Source: Fibrobacteria bacterium (GTDB taxonomy: Bacteria > Fibrobacterota > Fibrobacteria > UBA11236). Taken from it: a DNA stretch of 52,011 nt. Below, piece by piece: positions 47,201 through 52,011 of this stretch. Position numbers and translations under genes: made by a program. How positions within the stretch are numbered: the first letter of the stretch is position 1; every line of letters begins with the position of its first letter. The stretch is taken from positions 1 through 52,011 of the forward strand of contig JBDSIO010000301.1 in NCBI GenBank assembly GCA_039917895.1, read 5' to 3'. Under the pieces are notes generated by a model. That model did not search any database. It saw only the letters and a program-made list of their open reading frames with translations, and was not told the origin of the DNA.

Positions 47201-49401
47201 GGAACGACGGCATCATGGGCAAGACCTACGATTTTTACCATGAGTGGCGCGGAAACCTGGAGCGGTTGAGCGTAGGGGATCGGGCCACCGGAATCCAGGG
47301 TTACACTTTTGACGTGCTGCCGACATGGAACACCATGGTGGACTTCGCCTTCATCGACGCCTCCCACGAATATATCGATGTCTTGAACGATCTCAAACTC
47401 ATCTATCCGTTCGTCAAAAAAGGGGGATGGATCGCCTTCCATGACGTGGAGCCCGGATGGCCGGGTCCTTGGCGCGTTTGGCTGGAATATGGAATTCCCC
47501 TGCTCACGAACCATGAGGTGGTCCATACGCTCGCATCGGGGCGGAAAACCGAAGCCTACGAGTTCGGTAAACAACCCGAGGCGATCACGCGCTTCTCCTT
47601 CGCGCGCAGCTGGGTCGAGGACCTGCGCAGGAGCGGGGACCCCTCGGCAGTGCCGCTGCTCCAAGCATTTACCGCCAGCCTGGATTTTTCCCGCCCGGGT
47701 CCCGAAAGCCGGGGCAAGGCCATCGAGGCGGAAAGGACCATCTCCGGCATGGCTCCCCACCTGAAGCAGACGCTCAATTGCATGATCGGGAAAGACGCCT
47801 ACTTCGACGGCTACCTGCACTATTGGTATGCGTTGACGCTAGAAGCCGCAGGCCTGCAGGAGGAGGCGCGTCGGCATTTTTCCATCGCGTCCCGGGTGTC
47901 TTACGCGGTACCGATGGAACAGCTACGCCGTCCCGAAGGCGAGTCAATGTCGGCGGCGGATCCTATCGCGGAAATATTCCGGAATTGGATGAAGGCATCC
48001 GACACGGTTATCCAAATCGGGAGCGGTGACGGATCCCTGCTCAGCCGACTGCCTGGCCGCTTCAAACTGGGCTTGGAACCGGATGACCAATTGCGGAAAC
48101 ATGCCGCGATTTCGGCCGGTATCGATTCGTTCAATTCGGCATCGGAACTGCCGGAAGAATTCGCCGATATCGCCATCGGCCATGCGGCGCTCGGATTAGT
48201 CCAAGAGCCATTGGCATTGCTCAAATCCTTACGCGGAAAACTAAAGCCTGGTGGAAAAGCGGTTTTCACGACCCGGTCTCCCGATGCCGAGGCGCCGGGC
48301 GTAGCCGGCAAGGACCTTTACGCATGGACCTCCGCCGCCTTTGCGAACTTTTTCGCCGCGGCCGGTTTTGCAGTTAAAAAGGTGGGTCTGGAGGAAATTC
48401 CCGGCGCCGGAAAATTCATATTTCTGGTCGCGGATGCCACCCCATCGGCAGATTCCTCCTCCAGCAAGGCGGATTGGGCTCCGGTTCGGACTTCCGCTCC
48501 CTTGAACGCGCGGGATTCATCCGTGAAGGGGGTAACCAAAACGGACCCGCGGGATATTCCCGTGGCATTGGTCGCGTATCGGCGTCCGGAGCACACCCGT
48601 CAAGTCATAGAATCCCTGGAGCGCCAGGGTGTCCGGAATCTTTATATTTTCTGCGACGCGGCCAAAGGGAACGGCGACGAGGCGGATGTGCGTGCGACGC
48701 GAAAGCTGGTCGAAGGAATCTCCTGGATTAAACCTGAATTGCACTTCGTAGAGAATAACCGGGGACTCGCCAGGTCCGTGATGGCGGCGGCCGACCATGT
48801 CCTGTCCCGTCACGAAACCGTCGTGCTACTCGAAGACGATTGCGTCCCGCAGCGTCATTTTTTCGGATTCATGGCCAACGCCCTGGATAAATACCGGGAC
48901 GATGAAAGCGTTTACGGGGTTTCAGGATACACGGTTCCCCTGCAGCCCGATCTTTTGCGGCGCTACCCGCAGGACGTGTATTTCTGCCCTAGGATAAGCA
49001 GTTGGGGATGGGCGACCTGGAAAAGGGCGTGGAAGCAGTTGGATAGGGATCTGGTATCCGTTTGCCGGAAGGTCCTGGATGCACGAATAGATCTCGATCA
49101 GGGCGGCGACGACATCAAGTTTTCCATTGAAGGGATGCTGCAAGGGCATGTCAAGGACGTTTGGACCCTTCCCTGGGTCCTGAGCGTCTACCTTAACCGT
49201 GGCTGTTTCGTCTATCCCACGGTGTCCCATATCGACAATATCGGGATGGATGGATCCGGAGTCCATTGCGGCAAGACAGACCGGTATGTCACGGCCTTGG
49301 CCGAGGCTCCTGCGCACCGCTTTCCCGAACGGGTTTTCTACGATCCCGAGGTGATGGCCCGCTTCTGCAGCTTCTACGATCTCGCCTTGCAGCGGACCTG
49401 A
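44299..49401 (+). CDS. 1700-aa multidomain glycan enzyme: capsule-biosynthesis (KpsS/KpsC-like GT-B) domain, degenerate GT-A-like region, TPR-like helices, two methyltransferase domains, C-terminal GT-A glycosyltransferase
   Basis: HERG, IRHHP, FSTMGSE; ILEMGADRGRST..SIDTF..FIDASHEY..KKGGWIAFHD; IQIGSGDG..LKPGG; PVALVAYRRPEH, LLEDDC, SSWGWATW, NIGMDGSGVH. Confidence 0.85.
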   Translation: MPAKKVLVFAPYGAWMVHHQLDAVIGAALAHRGCEVVAVICDGFLKSCFIAGKPPNPETCRSCALTGAGVFARMGIRTVQLRSLVTEADLETAAEFSRSADLGRMSDVSFDKYPLGKWCPPSMQSYFSTGEFPLDQEWAVKAIRDQFSNGVLLVLALNRLMDGFKPDQVFSYNSTHFYYRIASELGKERGLPVLVHERGHLNDSFTLLDGESTNANQGRFNAFKAWEDVPLNREECGEVQTYFREREEGKNGFSRFYTFDSQAEDVRRTLRIPAGAPILALFGSGDRELGAFETVQRKTFAGQVEWIRATAEICRKRGWYLVIRHHPSNVMKNQVNFPFISSLMELNREMPDCVRVIMPHERLTSYAILWNADGAVTHFSTMGSETPTRGVLGVCVGDSLYQPLGVEWAGTRENYENALVSSVEKTRDFGLAQLRKAYRGAHYVVFKLGYKFRSFGIRDVYAPDIRVRSLSEFDRGNDPILDRVCDYVMEGSALLPVPDASERSRSEEEERVFLEVELQGLVAKRRAIASSRAMAEDVAAPLLTVFALQGFEDAGIRDKSLKRSREKAIERIDVGFDPEAEIGRIFESLAREAARAKGRYVYVSLPGVDADESVFANSIDFLENEANREISAVTWGGWLSDAQGRLKQEIFTDSKPIESFEEAIECLASLDDPIKHFAFAVMRKDFFTDLIGWLDAMSGFGPREIAASLFNLLRGAKSGDTIMRMKVPMISIYQVQESQAGKAPADSAVGSPAPSLKAGLAMMMNPSTQAKLVDPISQPPSVTGESAGNTGKPRDPAILDVSPDVLRARLETAASAFAGNPGDIEAGLDCADVLARLGEGVGARRVLIALQARHPSDARIKPLLDSVDWKSRQGLAGVFEWNLRGEGYRRLFGKRSVDSYADAQPYVESVPGWMLEGQEKYLFEKVKSLPDGAVILEMGADRGRSTSAMALACKGTSKRIISIDTFAGNDGIMGKTYDFYHEWRGNLERLSVGDRATGIQGYTFDVLPTWNTMVDFAFIDASHEYIDVLNDLKLIYPFVKKGGWIAFHDVEPGWPGPWRVWLEYGIPLLTNHEVVHTLASGRKTEAYEFGKQPEAITRFSFARSWVEDLRRSGDPSAVPLLQAFTASLDFSRPGPESRGKAIEAERTISGMAPHLKQTLNCMIGKDAYFDGYLHYWYALTLEAAGLQEEARRHFSIASRVSYAVPMEQLRRPEGESMSAADPIAEIFRNWMKASDTVIQIGSGDGSLLSRLPGRFKLGLEPDDQLRKHAAISAGIDSFNSASELPEEFADIAIGHAALGLVQEPLALLKSLRGKLKPGGKAVFTTRSPDAEAPGVAGKDLYAWTSAAFANFFAAAGFAVKKVGLEEIPGAGKFIFLVADATPSADSSSSKADWAPVRTSAPLNARDSSVKGVTKTDPRDIPVALVAYRRPEHTRQVIESLERQGVRNLYIFCDAAKGNGDEADVRATRKLVEGISWIKPELHFVENNRGLARSVMAAADHVLSRHETVVLLEDDCVPQRHFFGFMANALDKYRDDESVYGVSGYTVPLQPDLLRRYPQDVYFCPRISSWGWATWKRAWKQLDRDLVSVCRKVLDARIDLDQGGDDIKFSIEGMLQGHVKDVWTLPWVLSVYLNRGCFVYPTVSHIDNIGMDGSGVHCGKTDRYVTALAEAPAHRFPERVFYDPEVMARFCSFYDLALQRT

Positions 49402-49405
49402 TTCA

Positions 49406-50338
49406 ATGGGTCAATCCACCGCAACCGGCGCAGCTTCCGATCCCATCGTCTGCTATTGCTTCAATCGTACCAGCAAGCAATTGAGAGACGCGCATGCTCG
49501 GTTGGGAAGCCTTCCCGAAGTCCAGAAGGAAACCCGGGCCGGAACCAAGTGCGGTGGTTGCCGGATGATCCTGGAGTCCATGTTCGATGAGAATCCCGAT
49601 GAAATCCTCAGCCTCGGTCAAGGTGGCCGCAACGTTTGCGTCCGTCCCGGTTCGACCCTGATGAAGGGTTTCGTCGCCGCGGATCACCGGCTGGATACGG
49701 TGGTCTATTCCTCCAACGGAGTGCCCCCCCAGTTCGATGGGCAGGATATGTCCCTGCCCTTGGAGTACATGCTGCTGGACAGTTCGGGAAACCCCGTGCT
49801 CCATCGCACCGCCCGGCTCGAATCCAACGAAACCTTTTGCTTCGACACGCGGAAGGAGAATCTGCCAAGGCCGCTATACGGTATGTTCCTGCTCAGGTTG
49901 GGGCGCGCAAATTACGGCGCGGGGCGCTTCAATACCGTCTGGACCAACGGCGTTTCCGCCTGCACGACCCATGAAATAAACGATTCGGGAAGGCCATGCT
50001 CGGTGCTTCCGGTTCCCGTGGATGACGCTTTCCTGCGGGGGCCCAACTCCATCTTTCTCGCTATGCAGAACCCCCACGATTGGCCGATCCGTTTGCGGTT
50101 GGAAGCCGTTGACGCGAACGGGGCGGTCCTGGCCTGCCTGCATCGGGAGTTGCCTCCCCGTAACAGCCAATGGCTGAACGTCCTCAAGGAGGTATTCCGC
50201 CCCCTGTTGGCGGAGCATGCCGGAGCGAGGCTCACGTTGCGCATCCAGAGCGAACCCCGGCGCATGGACATGGCCGCAACCCTGTATTTTTTCCTGCATA
50301 ACCTGGAAACGGACATCTGGAGCGCCAACCACCTATGA
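49406..50338 (+). CDS. BFD-like [2Fe-2S]-binding domain fused to an unknown beta-rich domain
   Basis: IVCYC-x30-CGGC (AGTKCGGC), the BFD/NifU/NirB-type pattern. The remainder is unassigned. Confidence 0.85.
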   Translation: MGQSTATGAASDPIVCYCFNRTSKQLRDAHARLGSLPEVQKETRAGTKCGGCRMILESMFDENPDEILSLGQGGRNVCVRPGSTLMKGFVAADHRLDTVVYSSNGVPPQFDGQDMSLPLEYMLLDSSGNPVLHRTARLESNETFCFDTRKENLPRPLYGMFLLRLGRANYGAGRFNTVWTNGVSACTTHEINDSGRPCSVLPVPVDDAFLRGPNSIFLAMQNPHDWPIRLRLEAVDANGAVLACLHRELPPRNSQWLNVLKEVFRPLLAEHAGARLTLRIQSEPRRMDMAATLYFFLHNLETDIWSANHL

Positions 50339-51093
50339 AAGACCCTACGGATGGTTCCTCAGTATTGATGCAAGCGGGATATCTTCCCGATACCTCGGAA
50401 TACACCACTACGATACGGCATTTTCCCGGAACTAACGCCCATCTTCCCTGGGGCACCCATGGCCGTTTCAGCTTCGAAGTGGAGGTCTTCGAGAACGGCG
50501 TGAAGATAGGGTCGGATCGGACTCCGGAATGCGATGAATCCGGAAGCCTGGAAATGGATATCGGGGCCTTGGCGGAGCGATGCGGACGGCCGGTCAACGG
50601 CATGTATGTGGTAAAATACCGCCATGCCAAGGAGATTCCCGTGGAGGTCTATGCTTTCCACGTACACAAGGCCTCCGGCACCTACGTTTCCTGCAACATC
50701 ATCCCCTTCATCGGTGATCAGCTATATCCGACGGTGCACACCGATCAAATGGAGAATACCCTCTTCTGGCCAGGGCTGATTCCGGAGACCGACAGCGAGT
50801 CGCATTTGGTGGTCGTGAACCCCTACGACGAGAATATGGGGTTCCAAGTCCACGCCATGGGCGCGGCAGGAGTCCTGGCACGAACGGCTGTGCTTCATAT
50901 CAAGCCTTTCCGGGCCGCGACCTTCCCTTTACCAGAACTGTTTTTCGAGTGCGAAGCTGAGATTAGGGCCGCGAAAGGGAAGGTTTCCTTCTGCGTTTCC
51001 TCACAGTATAAGTTGATCGCCTACATGATGTTCAAAAGCCGCGGCCAGGTGATGTCCATGATGGATCACCTGCATAATTTCTGCCTGGCCTGA
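50335..51093 (+). CDS. Hypothetical protein, apparent paralog of the C-terminal part of 49406..50338
   Basis: ATGA overlap. Shared motifs: RPVNGMYVV/RPLYGMFLL, VVNP/MQNP and terminal MDHL/ANHL. Confidence 0.8.
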   Translation: MKDPTDGSSVLMQAGYLPDTSEYTTTIRHFPGTNAHLPWGTHGRFSFEVEVFENGVKIGSDRTPECDESGSLEMDIGALAERCGRPVNGMYVVKYRHAKEIPVEVYAFHVHKASGTYVSCNIIPFIGDQLYPTVHTDQMENTLFWPGLIPETDSESHLVVVNPYDENMGFQVHAMGAAGVLARTAVLHIKPFRAATFPLPELFFECEAEIRAAKGKVSFCVSSQYKLIAYMMFKSRGQVMSMMDHLHNFCLA

Positions 51094-51099
51094 CGCCGG

Positions 51100-51936
51100 C
51101 TATTTGAAACGGACCAGCGAGGTCCAGCGATAGCTGGAGGCATCTTGCCAATAGGGTTCCAGGCCCGCATGCCGCGCCGGATCGTAAGCGCCGAAAACGG
51201 AGGGCGTAGTGATATAGGACGTCTCCATCGTTACCGCCTCTCGATAATCGAAGACCGGGGGAAACTTATGGTAGGAAGAGATCGCCTCCAACAAATACTC
51301 GCGTTCCGTTGGGAAGCGTAAAGCGCCGGTTTCCGATTTTTGGTTGAGGATCGCGGCGAGGGAAATATGCCGGTTGCCGGAATATTCCGGGTAGTTATCA
51401 TCCAGGATGACGGTCTTGATCCCCATTTCCCGGCATAGCTTAAGTCTGGCGAAAACGTCCTGGTGATCATCGAAAAACACCAGGGTATCGACGAGGTAGT
51501 CTTTGATGTGGGACCAATCCAGGGTGGTGAAATCGTTAGTCGTGTACTCCGCCCTTTTGGTGCGGTACTGGATTCCCTCGCTGGCGGGATCGATCGCGAA
51601 TATGACGGCTTCGGGAAGCGCATTCTCGATAAGCCAGGTGGATTGCCCTTTCCAAACGCCGCTTTCGACCACCAGTTTCGGATCCACTTTTTTCAGAATA
51701 TGCCACAGGGTGAACAGTCCGCTGGACTTCATTCCTCCTTCATTTTGCCGTATAGGCCTGGTTTCGTAGAATGGCAGGAATCCTTTCAGTTGCGCGGCGA
51801 TTTCCTGGAGGTCCCAGATCGGGGTCCCGATCTGCTCGATTGGCGCCGGCGGCGTCGGCGTAACCGCCGGATTCCTGTCTTGGTAGGGGGCTGCTGCCGA
51901 AGCGGGCTTAGAAGTCTGGGGAATGGAAATGCGCAT
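51100..51936 (-). CDS. Uncharacterised methyltransferase-like protein
   Basis: VVESGVWKGQSTW, FAIDP, VFFDDH and ILDDNY follow the class I (Methyltransf_24/TylF-like) motif order. Confidence 0.7.
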   Translation of the reverse strand: MRISIPQTSKPASAAAPYQDRNPAVTPTPPAPIEQIGTPIWDLQEIAAQLKGFLPFYETRPIRQNEGGMKSSGLFTLWHILKKVDPKLVVESGVWKGQSTWLIENALPEAVIFAIDPASEGIQYRTKRAEYTTNDFTTLDWSHIKDYLVDTLVFFDDHQDVFARLKLCREMGIKTVILDDNYPEYSGNRHISLAAILNQKSETGALRFPTEREYLLEAISSYHKFPPVFDYREAVTMETSYITTPSVFGAYDPARHAGLEPYWQDASSYRWTSLVRFK

Positions 51937-51962
51937 GGGGAATCCTTCCGGTTGGCCTGTAC

Positions 51963-51992
51963 ATTCTACCCCATCCGGAAACCGGTAGTAAA
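51963..51992 (-). promoter_or_regulatory. Putative sigma70 promoter
   Basis: Minus strand TTTACT-N18-TAGAAT, 26 nt upstream of ATG 51936. Confidence 0.45.
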
Positions 51993-52011
51993 GCCTATCC
52001 GGAGTCCGGAT

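Overview
High-GC bacterial chromosomal window. The Bacteroides-type SpeA N-terminus (MRKWRIEDS...) and a stand-alone HsdR_N gene suggest an FCB-group, possibly Fibrobacterota, genome; this is inference only. The left ~27 kb is mostly housekeeping: a TPR membrane protein (partial), rlmB, carA, tatA-tatC plus a TatB-like/5-formyl-THF cyclo-ligase fusion, rnd, trpS, a redoxin, a PA0069-type radical SAM, a metF operon, speA, a GDPD and rlmI. It also holds several envelope genes, including an 888-aa secreted fibre-like protein with an Ala/Ser stalk and a Kelch propeller. The right ~24.5 kb (27.4-51.9 kb) is a surface-glycan locus for a heavily decorated nonulosonic-acid-type sugar. It encodes an SpsF-like cytidylyltransferase, a NeuB-family synthase, a Gfo/Idh/MocA oxidoreductase, a DegT aminotransferase, an SDR epimerase, two formyltransferases, a deacetylase, an N-acetyl-sugar amidotransferase, two AsnB-like enzymes, about 7 methyltransferase-like domains and a 1700-aa GT/MT/TPR megaprotein. 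The locus ends in a coupled pair of paralogous unknown proteins, one carrying a BFD-type [2Fe-2S] domain. The best candidates for undescribed biology are this BFD/paralog pair with the megaprotein, the TatB-cyclo-ligase fusion and the tail-fibre-like Kelch protein. I recognised no rRNA, tRNA, CRISPR array or mobile element. All calls come from motif recognition by eye, without database searches.
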